Part shown: in pieces, positions 49,938 through 63,329 of the stretch
Layout: each line of letters opens with the position of its first letter
How positions within the stretch are numbered: position 1 is the first letter of the stretch
Assembly (NCBI RefSeq): GCF_028641065.1
Contig: NC_073392.1
Location: 29,698,001 to 29,762,000 of the forward strand
DNA length: 64,000 bases
Reading direction: 5' to 3'
From: Leucoraja erinacea
Lineage: Eukaryota
Translations under genes and position numbers: made by a program
Notes under the pieces: generated by a model
The model's database searches: none
What the model saw: the letters and a program-made list of their open reading frames with translations, nothing else
What the model was told of the DNA's origin: nothing

Positions 49938-50022
49938 GTGCAGAGGTAGTTGTTTGTACAGTTTGAGGGTTTGTGACACCACCCGGTTGATGGAGTTAAC
50001 TGTACAAGCCACTGCCTTGCCT
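49938..50022 (+). ncRNA. let-7g: let-7 family pre-miRNA (let-7g orthologue) in WDR82 intron 2; mature 5p 49942-49963, 3p ~50000-50020
   Basis: AGAGGTAGTTGTTTGTACAGTT, loop TGAGGGTTTGTGACACCACCCGGTTGATGGAGTTAA and 3p CTGTACAAGCCACTGCCTTGC align with pre-let-7g; same host intron as in mammals; downstream CNNC at 50037. Confidence 0.95.
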
Positions 50023-51288
50023 GGGCCAGAGACTTACATCACCTGAAGAGACTGAGAGTTCTAGTTTGGATGTGCCAGGTATCTTCTGAAGATTAAAGGA
50101 GCCACTCTAAGTATATCAAGTTACTTTTTATTTGAAGCTACGAATAAACCTGTTAAGATTAGTATTTTAATGCGTGTTGGATCCTGCAGATTTTTGCAAC
50201 CTGCAACACATAATTGAACTTGCTTCTTGCAGAAAAAAACCTTCAGATTTTTGTTCAAGGTGGGATGCAAATATTAGTTGGCTTGCAAATCTTGATCAAG
50301 CATAATTTGGATTCGGTATCTTCATTTGGGAAATCAACAGATTAATTTTATGAATCTTGTCACTATTACCCACAACACGAGATAAAGAGGGCCGATCAGT
50401 TTATGAATGATGGCCCTGTTCTGTAATTCATATGTTCTCTTTGCAAAATCTCTGTTGTTGCTGGAAGTGGGAGACTCTCTGCTCGTCTTCAGCATTAAAA
50501 ATAATGCCTCCTTTGGAAATGCTCAAGCGTATCAGGTATGAGTGTTCAAGGAACAGTGTGCCACCTAATTCTTTATTGGGCCTCAGAAGTAAATTGTTTT
50601 TCATATTTTTCATATTTTTCATTATTTTGCCACGATGAGGAATAGCTACTTCCCCACAGCCATCAGGCTATTAAACCTGGCTCGGACAAAACTCTGATTA
50701 TTAATAACCACTTTCTGCTATTTGCACTTTATCAGTTTATTTATTCATGTGTGTATATATTTATATCATGGTATATGGACACATTTATCTGTTTTGTAGT
50801 AAATGCCTACTATTTTCTGTGTGCTTAAGCAAAGCAAGAATTTCATTTTCCCATACAGGGACACATGACGATAAACTCACTTGAACTTGATAGTAGCTCA
50901 GGCCTAATAGAAGGTGCAGCAACAATTTAGCTTCAGGTAGTTTCAGAACAAGAAAAGGGTGCTGCCAGACTTATTCAATTCCCTAATGCCAAATTATGTC
51001 ATGCAAATAATCTTCAACTAACCACCACTTATAAATGTCTTCAGGACCAAAATATGTTTGGAATAGAGGGAGCCAGGTGACCTTCAAACCATACCTGCGT
51101 CTGATAAATGCTGTTTTTAGTACAAAAAACTAAGGCTGGAATTAACACGCGGTGCATCACTTGTAGTGTCACATAAGCAAAGAACAACAAATAAGTTTTA
51201 CTTTTAAATTTTAAAGCAAAGGTGATAATGTTATCCTTAATGTACTGTAGATATTTACTTTTAAATTGCCTATCTTGTTTCTTTTCAG

Positions 51289-51355
51289 ATACCATTCGTT
51301 ACTTGTCACTTCATGACAACAAGTACATTAGATACTTCCATGGTCACAGTAAGAG
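51289..51355 (+). CDS. WDR82: WDR82 exon 3
   Basis: (D)[21 protein letters not shown](R); 67 nt. Confidence 0.97.
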
Positions 51356-52775
51356 GTAAGCAAAAAATTCAATGGCCCACCAATTTGGGTGATATTGAGC
51401 TAGTGCCGACATCTAGTGGCCCAGCAGGTCGTCTTGGAGAGAACAAGTTTATCACCAGCTGCATCTTGACACAACTGTGGAGATGCACATGAACATGTTT
51501 GATCACATCCATCACCTTGCTCGCAGTCTTCCTACTTGCTTTTTTTCCATCTTACCAAACTTGATCACATCCATTCCATTATTTGCCCTCATCAGTTTGT
51601 CAATGTCAGTTTGAGCATCAAGACCTCAAGGAAACGGGTAGGCTGTTTGGTTCAAGGTTTATTGATTGGTGGAGCTTGCTGTCCATGAGATTTTGAGCAA
51701 TCGTTCAAAGTTACTTTTCAAGTTAATTCACCAACTTTTAATTTTTGGAAAGTCCAGCTTTTACCTCTGTCATGTCACCAATGTAAAAATTATTCTTTTG
51801 GACAAAACTACAATATTAATCTGATCAAAAATGTATTAGGCTATTTTAGTGTGCAAAATAACAAACTGAAATTTCCAAAAGATAGACACAAAACGTTGGA
51901 GTAACTCCGTGGGTCAGGTAGCATCTCTGGAGAATTAAAATTCTCAGTAGAAGCTCTTGACTGTCTCACAAACCATGGTGCAGCAAAAGTGTCAAAGTAG
52001 GTAATTGTTGCAATCTATCTTGCTTTTATGATGTTACTTTATTCTTGAATGTATAATGTGATTTGTGTATGCTTTTTAGTTAAGTTGAGTGCATTGAAGT
52101 GTCACTGGTTTGTAAATGTTTTGCCATTTCTTTGTGTACATAGCACGTTTGACAGATTATTTGGTGAAAGAGCCACCATGGGGCTAAAAGTTACCTTCGA
52201 GGAATATCTTTGGAACCCATTCGGTGTTTACTAATTACAAATATGAGATAGCTATGTCTGAGGTTTTCCCCAGTAGGCACTAATTGGCACTTTTCCTTCC
52301 TTTTATGCCATTTGTTTTTGAATGAAACTCCTTATAACATGGTTATACGTATGATTGTATATCACATTTGTGCATTAAACCCCAGCCGATGTGAAATATT
52401 TGAAAGTGCAGTCGAAGGTAGATTGACAAGTATGGTTGAGTATTTTATCCAATGCACATTGCCAGTGGTACATTTGGGAGGGACTGAAGAATTCGGAAAC
52501 CAATGCACATCTCGCTTTCAAAATAGAAAAAATAAGTCCTAATAAACTCATTATTTCTTGATGGCCTCTCTCTGTTGCTTCAGAAAATATTAAGAGTTAA
52601 AAAAAATATATATACCAGTCTTTCATTTGTTAGTCTGCTGAAATGTTCTATTTTGTCAACTTTTACATAATCTGAAAATGACTAATATTGGTAACTAATT
52701 GGGTACCAAAGTAAACTCCATTCAATTGCAGAAAATAGCTGTGTTTACAATTGTATTTTTTCTTGTGTGTTTTAG

Positions 52776-52875
52776 GGTTGTGGCGCTATGTATGTCTCCT
52801 GTGGATGACACCTTTATGTCTAGTTCTTTGGATAAAACTATCAGATTATGGGACCTCAGATCACCCAATTGCCAG
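52776..52875 (+). CDS. WDR82: WDR82 exon 4
   Basis: [33 protein letters not shown]; 100 nt. Confidence 0.97.
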
Positions 52876-52891
52876 GTATGTTTTATTTGCT

Positions 52892-52983
52892 GTAGACAAA
52901 AATGCTGGAGAAACTCAGCGGGTGCAGCAGCATCTACAGAGCGAAGGAAATAGGCAACGTTTCGGGCAGAAACCCTTCTTCAG
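52892..52983 (-). mobile_element. Penelope-like pLTR fragment with intact hammerhead core
   Basis: Minus strand CTGAAGA-A-GGG tttctg CCC-GAAAC-GTT (52983-52956); flanking repeat TGTTT(T/C)ATTTGCTGT. Confidence 0.75.
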
Positions 52984-54090
52984 CAATTGTTTCATTTGCT
53001 GTCATCTTTATAACTTAATTTCCATTTGGAAAATGGGAATTAGTTATCAATTTTGTTAGCTGGTGGACTGTTGTCTCTGTTTATATTTATACATTATTAA
53101 TCTTATCTTACACCACAATTTGAGCATGTAACTAAAGTGCACACTTTTGTGTAATATTGTGTGCAGGTGAGTTAAGTGGCTGTGGTGGATGTAACTGAAA
53201 GGGGATCCTGGCAGAATATGCAGAATAACCTGGAGTTCCTATTGACTTGACTGAAGTCGTTAAACAATTGCCACTTGTTCGTCACTGTTGGCAAAAATAA
53301 GAAGAATTATATTTGAAGTATTCTTAACTGCAGAGGTTCAGTTTTAGGGTCTGAGCATTGCAAATATTTACTTAGCTTTTATGCAATCTAACTGTTACTT
53401 GCTCATGGGGATCATTTTTGGAAATGTGTCTTACGAACAAACAAATGCAGAACAATGAAGGTAGACAAAAATGCTGGAGAAACTCAGCGGGTTGCAGAAC
53501 AATTCTGATTTATCCTTGAATGTTAAGCACGTTTTGTATTAAGAAAAATAGTCAGAGTTACTCTATTTTCGAGACAAGTATCTGTATTCACTGTTGTCAA
53601 CACTTCAATAAGTAATTAGTTAGCTGCAAACTCTTGGACTGCCTTGTGATTGTGAAAGATACAAATAGTTTTATATATTTTCCCTCTAAAAATCCGAGGT
53701 CAAAGAAATAAATACTTGGCTTGTTGACTGGAAAAGTACAATTGAAGTAAGCTGTGTTGAATATTGTGTTTGAATATATTCCTGAAATGTTATCACAGGG
53801 TAAGCGTGTTTAGCTTTTCCAGAGAGAAGAGATACTTTTCCAAACATACCAAAATTGGAAGGAATCATCTTTCATTTACTTTCCAATGGCTAGTTTGGAG
53901 CAGGAGACATGGCAGATCAGTTGTTCTTTTTGCACAAACGTACAGTACAGAGAAACAATGGAAAGAGGAAGTTGACATCATAATTTAAACATAGATTCAC
54001 CTTTTAAAGTGGCGTGGGTGCAGAAAAAACAGTGTAATCTGTCACAATTTTCCATCCTTAATCTTCTTGCCCTTTTTCTCATTTGTCCAG

Positions 54091-54207
54091 GGCTTAATGC
54101 ATCTTCAAGGGCGGCCAACGTGTTCTTTTGATCCTGAGGGACTTATTTTTGCAGCTGGCGTGAATTCTGAGATAATTAAACTTTATGATTTGCGGTCATT
54201 TGACAAG
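54091..54207 (+). CDS. WDR82: WDR82 exon 5
   Basis: [39 protein letters not shown]; 117 nt. Confidence 0.97.
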
Positions 54208-55491
54208 GTAAACATTTTCAGCCATATCGGTTAACTTTGTCTTCAATAGTTCATCAGTTGCCTAGCATCTAGCAAAATTAAGTTCAAATTCTAATTCTCA
54301 CCAGTTTCTATGAGTGTTAGAGAATGCAGAGTTTTTTTGAGACTGAAAGTGTCCACAATCCTGTTGTGAGCTGTTGCTTATGTTGCGTGTGGAAATCAAT
54401 CATATATGCATTACTTGGCTGTGATTTCTGAATTGAGCAATAACTGACTAACAGTATTTGGTTACATTATTTGCCACCTTTCAATGTTTCACCGTATATG
54501 CAATGGATGGTCGAAGAATGCTTTGAAGCATCATTGCGTTATTGAGTTGCATGTGCAGATCCAATTTATATTTGGGTTCATTTGTTTCTCAATTCTATTA
54601 ATGGTATTTTTGGGGGGGGGGGGCGGTGTGCGGTGTGCATATAGATGAAATTATAGTTTTGAGAAATGGAGCTTTGAAATGAAAGCAGAAAATGTGAGGA
54701 TGACTTATCAGGAAGCATCAATGGAGAAAAGCAGCTAATGTTTTACAATGCCAACTTCATCAAAATTACAAAGAGTAAAAATAAAACAACTTTTAAATTG
54801 TAGACCAGTGGAGGGTGTTACTTTTCTCTAGCACAAGATGTAAAAACTTTATGGCTGTCTCTCACCAGTGGTGTAGAAAGGAACTTCAGATGCTAGTTTA
54901 TACAGAGGTCTGAGACTCTGGATGTCCTTTTGGGACCTTCGGACGTCTTGCACTGCTGCTCTTTCCACAAATGCTGCCTGACTTGCAAGTTTTTGAATCT
55001 TCTGTTTTCTTTTATACTAATTCCTTTGTTTCTGAATTTTTGTTGGAACACCATTGACTCTTTGGCATATGTATCTTTATTTTTGTTCACATTAACCAAT
55101 AGTGTGCCACTCTCTGCATTTTTATACCATGATCTCTTTGCCAAGCCTCTGATTTACATACCTTGGGTTTATTAAATGTTTTCTAGGAATGTAACCCTTT
55201 TGTAAAATGGTGATATTGCCAGTAAGGTACACTTCCTGTGAAGAAATATTTGTGCACTTGGCTGACTGCCTGCATTTGTAGGACGTATTCTAATAAAATA
55301 TATTATTTCATAGGTGGTCAATTAGGCTTGTAACTGAATCAGTAATACATACCGTTTGGCAGTACAACTCAGTTAACGCCTTACTCAAGCTGACATGGAG
55401 AAAGGAGTGCTGAATTCAAGCTGAAGCAAACAATTTTATTCAATGACGTTAAAACTGGAAAATGATCCGATTTTCCAACTTGTTTTGTCAG

Positions 55492-55647
55492 GGTCCTTTT
55501 GCCACATTTAAGATGCAGCATGAACGAACTTGCGAGTGGACAGGATTGAAATTCAGCAATGATGGAAAGCTGATGCTGGTCTCTACCAATGGTGGCATGG
55601 TTCGACTCATTGATGCTTTCAAAGGAGCAGTACTGCAAACGTTTGGG
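55492..55647 (+). CDS. WDR82: WDR82 exon 6
   Basis: [26 protein letters not shown]...[14 protein letters not shown]; 156 nt. Confidence 0.97.
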
Positions 55648-57175
55648 GTAGGTGGTTTCTTGTTATGATGGTGACCAGTAAACTGATGGAAGAAGAGAAA
55701 ACTGAACAGACTGTCAGGCATGCTGTCATTAAGATTATATTTTTAAAGAAAAGCAATGCAATTGAATGGCTTTCATTTCTACATGTTATTTGACCTGTAG
55801 CTTTTGGTCCTGATTTGCTGTCTGACCTCAGCCTTTTAGATTCCTAATTTATTTTTCTTTTTATACCCATGTGACAGGAACATAAGTGGCAACTTTCTCT
55901 CACAAGATATGACCTGCCAAAAATAAATCCCTGCAGCTGACCCTCATAGTAGAGCAAAGGGGCTCCATCAAACCCCATTATAATTTTAAAGGCTTTTTAA
56001 ATACATTTCCATGCGGCTTCATCCAAAGTGAACTGTTAAGTCCTTTGTATTTGTGCCATCATCCTATTAGGTCTACTTTGCACTCGCTATTGTGGGGCAA
56101 CTAAATTTCTGTGGCAATCAACTTTTATCTTTGATCTGATTTTGTGCACATTTATCAGGATACCTTCTTTTTATTTTTGTGAAATACCTTTCAGGGATTC
56201 ATGCACTTAAAATCCTACCAATTGTTCATATGTACCTTCAGTATTTTCCTGCCACCTGCTATTTCCAGAATATTGCACCCCATTTCTTCAGTTTAAACAC
56301 AATCTGCCTGCTCTCTGCCCATTCCACTGCCTCTGTCCTCCCAAATAATTTGCTTACCTTTTTGTTCATCAAATTCAAATTGTCACTTTGTGCTAACATG
56401 CAAATTGTGTGTGCGAAGAACATCACTGACCTATTGGTCCATATTTCAACTATCTTGGGTAACACCCATTTAAATTGGTCTGTTTTTATAAACCATTCCT
56501 TTATTTATACTGTTTGATATTTCATCAGAAACCACCTGGTGACCACCAGAAACCACCAATTAGGCTTTAAAAAACAAAACATTATGCAAATCATCTACTG
56601 AATTTCTTGAGTACACAGATAGCTAAAATGTATGTCAAATATCATAACAATTTGTGGCTGAGCCAGTGTTTTAGAAAAGTTTATCATAACTGTATTGCGC
56701 CTCTATTAATAAAGCCTTGGATCACAAAGTTTTTAACCACTTTCTCAGATTGATTACCTGAACTGTCTATTCTTATACCCCTTTTGTGATTCTGCACTTT
56801 GCTTTATTATTGCCTGTTCTCATTCATATCAAAATATTTCGCATCACATCTCTTAATATATGTTAACTGATGCCTGATCCTGCAATCTATTCCCTTGAAG
56901 TCTGTTACTGTCTACACAGTTCACTACTTTGCATTTTGTGTCAATGCTTGAGATAATATGGATGGGTGAAAAGAGCATATCGACTCGTTTTCTGCTTTGC
57001 TACCTCTGGCCTCAAATATGAAAAAATTATTTCTATTTTGACTGCATAATGTGTAAATGCAATATTCACTTCTGAGGACGATTGTACTTTTGGAGAATAA
57101 AAGATCTGCTGTAATTTCTCAATCAGTGAAAACTGGTGGCTATTTTATGCTGAAATGTCTCTTCTAATATTTTAG

Positions 57176-57245
57176 GGATTCAACAACAGCAAGGGTATTA
57201 GTTTGGAGGCATCGTTCACTCCAGATTCTCAGTTTGTGATGATAG
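57176..57245 (+). CDS. WDR82: WDR82 exon 7
   Basis: GFNNSKGISLEASFTPDSQFVMI(G); 70 nt. Confidence 0.96.
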
Positions 57246-58096
57246 GTAAGAAAATCTGAACATACTCATTCTAACAGCTTGTACTTGTAGCAATCTCACC
57301 TACAAACTGGAAATACTTCTACGTTTTGTTATTATTTTGTTAGATTAGCACCAATGTATTTTGTGATGTGCATCCCAAAGATGTGCAGGTTGATAGGTTT
57401 ATTGGCTAAATCAACCCAATTTTAGATGGGTGGCAGGAGAATTGGGGAGAGTCGATGGCCGTGCAAGAGGAAATAAGTTTGGGAATTAGTTAGAAGAATT
57501 GTTCTGTGAGTCAGCATAGACTAGGTAAGTTTAATGGACTTTTACCATTGCAAGTAAGAATTTCATTGTTCTGTTTGGGACATTGACAATAAAACACTCT
57601 TGGCTCTCTTGACTGCTATTTTTTACAAGAATGAATGAGTCAGAAGAAGTATTTCAACTGTAGGGGTTGAATAAAAATTCTATTGCACCTCAATGTAACA
57701 ATATGTCATTGTCTGCAACTCTGCTTCAAATGAAAAGCCATCCCTTCACTACATCTGTCACTGATGTTTATAGTAACTGTGAAGCAAATTGTCCGCATGG
57801 CTTGCATCTAAAGACAGCACTGTACTTCATTGTAATGCTGTTAGACTTGTTTTCATTTGACAGTATACTTGCAGAAGTGAAGTTTCCTCTCTTATTTTCC
57901 ATTAAAATGCAATTGAATTGCTTTTTTGAACTGACAGTAGGCGGTGGGTTGAAAGACAAATTAAAATGCAATATTCTCTTCCTTCAAGGTAAATTAAGCA
58001 CAGATCTTTTGATTTTTACCTCTTTATGAAGGGCCTTCCTATCATTTCAAAGAGACAATTGAAAGGAACATCCAGCATTTTACTAAACTTTTCAAT

Positions 58097-58349
58097 TGTT
58101 TAGAGAGATAGTGTGGAAACAGGGACTTTGCCCACTGTATTCACACCGATCATCCATACTATTGCATCGTACTAGGGGCACTTTACAGAAGTCAATTAAC
58201 CTGAAAAAACTTGCACATGTTTGGAATGTGAGAGGAAACCGGAGCACCCGGAGAAAACCGACAGGGAGAAAGTATAAACTTCACCGTCAGCTCAGGATCG
58301 AACCTGGGTGTCTGACACTGTGAGGCAGCAACTCTGCCGCTGTGCTGTC
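58097..58349 (-). mobile_element. tRNA-derived SINE (HE1/V-SINE type)
   Basis: GGAAACCGGAGCACCCGGAGAAAACC..GGATCGAACCTGGGTG, reverse SINE with CR1-like tail. Confidence 0.8.
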
Positions 58350-58458
58350 CTAATCACATAATTGTTCTTTATTTGGATCTTTTGTAGAATTTGGTCGTGA
58401 CCACATTCCCCACAAATTAATGAAATGGCTGCCCAATTTAATCTCTATTGATTTGCAG

Positions 58459-58601
58459 GATCAGAGGATGGTAAAGTTCATGTGTGGAATGCTGAAAGTG
58501 GCTTAAAGGTGGCTGTCTTAGATGGAAAACATACAGGTCCAGTTTCTTGCCTTCAGTTTAATCCCAAATTTATGACATTTGCCAGTGCATGTTCTAACAT
58601 G
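58459..58601 (+). CDS. WDR82: WDR82 exon 8
   Basis: [47 protein letters not shown]; 143 nt. Confidence 0.97.
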
Positions 58602-59565
58602 GTAAGTATGCATACATTTGTGCGATTCAGCACCCATAAATTGAAATAAGAACCAGTCTTTGGGGGTGGGGAAGGGACACATTTGCAGTAATCGTTCACC
58701 GTTGTCTCAAGAATATATGTTGCCACTTTTACTGCGGGAAGACACTTGAGTTGCTTTGGAAATTGACAAGCATTGCCTGACATATGGGCAAAATCAAATT
58801 AAAAATGTCTGTGAAAATGTAATCCAGTTGTAACCTGAGGGGGCAGCAAGTAATGACAATCACTCAAATGATCAGTAATCCTTCATTATAGTGGACCATG
58901 GGGAGGGGATTGGTGTCCATTATTTTCGATTGGCCGTTATAATCGAGTATGGTATTTGCTTCAACCACTCGATGTCAAACAAGTTGTTTTAAAATGCAAA
59001 TTATTTTGAACAGCTAAAATGTATTTTTATTACCACAAGCTAAAAATATTAAAGGCTGTTTGTTACATTGTTTAATAGTATTAATTGTCGATTGGAGCGA
59101 TTGTCAATTTCAATGCAGTGTCATTTTCAATAGCCTCTGCAGTGTAACTAGTAGCCTGTGTTCTTAAAGAGACAGTTGGCTATATCCAAAACCTATTATT
59201 GAGAGATCTCTAATTTAGAGGAATAACTATATATTTGAAAATATCTGTTCAATTTGAATGTGGCAACTCCCAGATGTTTCTATGATTTTTCTTTTGATTC
59301 CTCACTTATACTGTTACTTTTTTTCCATTGTTGCGTATTTAAACATTTTTCCCCAATGCATTTCTTTTCATAATAAAACTCTTTATTAAAAATAGATGAA
59401 AGATTTCTAAGAGTTTTAATATTCACTATAAACTGCAAAATCTTAAACTCTCATAGTAGTGTTGTTGGGATATTTGGTAAATAATTGAACTATAAAATAG
59501 GGTTTGGGTTAACTTTGGTGTACACTTACGTAAGTGTCTAATAACCGTATTAATTATTTTTGCAG

Positions 59566-59595
59566 GCATTTTGGCTACCCACGATTGACGACTGA
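59566..59595 (+). CDS. WDR82: WDR82 exon 9 (to stop)
   Basis: AFWLPTIDD*; the nine exons sum to 942 nt = 313 aa. Confidence 0.96.
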   Translation, partial: AFWLPTIDD

Positions 59596-62500
59596 AGTAA
59601 AATTTTGAATAATTTTTTAATAAACTCTTCGATCGGAGCCTGACTGAATCCAGAAAGTTTGGTGTCCAGGTTTTTTTTTAGAATTTCTTCGGTGAGAGTA
59701 GTTTGAACTTGATCACAGACCGATGATTCAAAATATTTTGCCTGGATGCTATTGGTAATACTAATGATGGTTACAGATACTTGCAGATACAAGAAATACA
59801 AAAAAATGAAGATGGTGTCTCCAGATCTTTTACATCCTCGCATGGTCTTTGGAATTTTGAGCTTCCATGACTTCATTTCTTTCTTCTGAGCATGTGGAAA
59901 CTTCATTTACACTTGTTTTTAAAACTATTCCTTGAAAATATGTGGACATTATATGTGGGCCATCACCAATTGTCTAAAAGCACAGCTGACCAGGAGGTTT
60001 TCGTGGTCAGTGCCATTGCTATGGTGATTTTTGTGTCCAACAATTCTGCCGTTTCACGGTTTTAAGAGTCAAGAACCCATTACAGTGTTTTGTCAATGAT
60101 CTTGTTTGGATCAAATGGACGATTTTTTGAAAGACTTGAGCAAAAAAACTGGGAAAATGCACAGTAGTACTATGATTAGTATTTTGGTTGTAGGTGTCTA
60201 TCATTTGCCTAAAGGGGAAACTTTCTCTCCTGAGTTTTCCATCAATGTCTCGTCTTTTTGGAAAAATTGAGTTGGTTCATTTGCTGTGGTAATCAGACCA
60301 ACTGATTATATTCCTTTTGCAGAGATATATATCCGTGTTACTATATTGTATATTTGTGTACAGTTTTAAATGATATTAATTCAGAACAAAGTTTGAAGCA
60401 GCTTTGGGATGTTTTATGTAAATATACAGTGGGTGGTTTGTTTTTGCAATTTTTAGCAAAAACAAATTACGTTATTCAGCTGTAATCTGTACTTGTAAAA
60501 GGTGTAGATGCGTTTTGCAATGTGGGTGCTTTAAAAAAAACAAAAACTTTGGGTGTTTTAATGTGCCAAAGATGTATTTTTGTTCAACCAGAATAATAGT
60601 GTGCAATGCAGAAACTTGAACGTCTGATTCATGGTATTAAAAAGTTGAGCAGCATATCCAAAGGAAAGTGGTTTATATTTCAGTGGAGATTGCAATATTG
60701 GAAATATACTAATTCTGTCTGGCAAATTGCCTTCTCTTTTGCTCTTCTGGGGAAAATTGAAATGGCTTAACATCCATTGTTTATGAAAATTTGCAGTCGG
60801 GGCAAATCTCAAATATAAAACATTTATGACTAGAAATGTATGGGCTTGGGAAAGAACCTCTTTCATTCTGTATAGCGGCTGACTCAAATGATGTTGCCCA
60901 TCTCCTTTGAAATGTTAATGCAGGAGAGAATATTCAAGATTAGTGGGTGGAATTGGGGAAGTTATCGGATAAAATTTCAAGAATTCAAATTGTCCGATCA
61001 ATTTTGCCTTTCTTTTCAAGTGAGCCCCACAGTTTTGATAATTGCATAATCCTGGTGGAAACTTGGTGTACAAAAAAAAAAGCCCACCTGATTTTGTGAG
61101 CAAGTTGTGTTGCAAAATCGTCTTGTAGCCAACATGAGATTGTGTTGACAAACTTTTGATCTTTGGTGCTTTCTAACATACAACCTTGTAAATACTGAAC
61201 CATTGTCCAGTCGGAAAATATACTTTGTGTACAGAATATAATGAAAGGGAAGCGGCGATTACCATTGTAGACTTGAATTGATCCCTCTTTCACTATTCAT
61301 GAATGAGATGACAACTCGCGCACTAACCTTCCATTTTGTGTCCAGTGCAACTCCATCTCCTTTGTAGTATTGATTTCTGTTTGTTTTCTAATACATGTTT
61401 GTAACTGAGCATGTTATCTTATGGATGTTTTGCCATTAAAGTACTGCATTGGTATTTTGTTTTTGAAAATACAGATTTGAAAACTGGATCTTTATTCAGT
61501 GATATGTAAAGTATAACTACTTATGGTTAAACAGCTATTTCTTGTATCGCACTCCCGCGCCATATCTCTCCTCTTTTCTCCATGCCCAAACAAAAAATAT
61601 CTTCAGAAAAATGTCTTTATCTATTCCGCAGTGTTGCCCAGTCAGGGAACACTACTGTATTGTCGTCCAGAAGATAACAGCCCCTTTTGCTCCAGCATCT
61701 GCAGTTCCTTGCACTATTCAAATATTCTAAAAAATAATACATCAGTAGTGCTGTAATTGATGTTAATATCAATATCAAGGGAGGAGTAGAATATGTAAAG
61801 ATGTGTGGAAAAATATCTCCTGGTCTAATCCCGGGGTGGAGGGGATATGTCAAATTTAGACGTCGGCAGGATACAATGCTTTGCTCGAGTTTGCAAACGA
61901 CATCTGCTTTTGACCTGGTGTATCATAAATGGCTTCAATGGGTGTTATTCATATTGATTGAACATAATTCCCTACATAGATTAGGAATTATTTTAGAACA
62001 CCCTTCCATATCACTGATTGATATAATAGTGATCAGAGCTGTGCAAATTTCAATATCCAAAGGTACTGCCTCATTTGGGTCCTGGTACTGTCTGGAAACA
62101 CAGGATGATGATTTTGACACGTGTTATATTCTGCATGCTCTTCCAATACACTACAATACAATGAAATTAATGTGCCAAAATCTCAAAGGGGCATTTTGTA
62201 AGAGCCAAATCTTTACATTTTGATAGCTTATGTAGGAGTTTCTTTTGTATATTAGTTTAGTTTCCTACATGCTGTTAATATTTTAGTTCCAAATGAAATT
62301 TGTTTTGTAGAGTATGAGCACGCAATGCTTGTGCTGTTGAATATAGATTTATTGTCAGCATGGATCCTGGTCTTCCCAAGTTGCAGTAAGGAAATGGTAG
62401 GAGTCACGTCGTCCTTTGGTGTTTTGGCCAAGTTATTGTTCTTGACTGAATTGGGTCACTTTCTACTGTCGATCCCAAGACTATGTGCTTTAAAAGAGTT

Positions 62501-63090
62501 TCAAGAAAAGGAAAATGCCTTTGCTAATAAGTAAGGGAAGTTTTAATGAGCAACTATTGTGACTTGATGAATATGCTGAAATTGTCTTCATTTGGTGTGG
62601 GACTGTTGCATTAAAACAACTGTATAATGCTGTATATTGCTGATGTATAGAAGACAGATGTTTCACTGTAACTGGTAAAATTAAACTTGGCAAACATTTA
62701 GTTTATCAGTACGAGTGCTATCTGTCCAGATTTTCATCTTGCATTTAAATCCATTTATCAAGATACATATTAAATTGTTTGTTGTACATTTAAAACATGG
62801 AGAATTTCTCTCCCAAGGTCTGTGCATAAACTTTATATACCATAAGGTATTAAAATCAATTGCAACATGTATGCTTTCCACTTGCTTAGGAACTGCAGTT
62901 GCAAATATTTAATTCTGCAACAGGATTTCTACAAGTTTTTTATTCAACAATGCATACCATTCCCCGAGTAGAATTCTACTGAGGATGTTGATTTGGCTTG
63001 GTTTTGGTAGGTGGTGTTAAATGTATCGATCAATGTTGAATTTAGAAATCTATTAGTAAAATATTGGTGAACTAAATCTAAAGTACTGTA
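59596..63090 (+). other. Probable long, repeat-poor WDR82 3' UTR
   Basis: AU-rich, no recognisable TE until ~63330; Pumilio-type TGTAAATA at 60417 and 61187; AATAAA at 59619 and AGTAAA at ~63055. The 3' end is a guess. Confidence 0.5.
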
Positions 63091-63329
63091 TCTTTCCATG
63101 ACTGTAACACAATTTCATTTTAAGGAAATCAATATTTTTTAAATCTGTGATCTTAATTTTCACTTATGCCATGCTTCTAAGAGACGGCAACAAAAGGTAT
63201 GTACTGTTTTAATGCAACAAGTTGGTAAGTATGCTGAAGTTGTGCCATATTGAAGAAGCTAGGGAGTAAGACTGCCTTGTTTTACCTCCTAAATACATTG
63301 GATTTCTCTAGATTAATTGTCATGTTTCT

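Noticed and set aside
46317-51288. Additional clustered let-7 hairpins in WDR82 intron 2
   Set aside because: No second GAGGTAG-containing hairpin found by eye.
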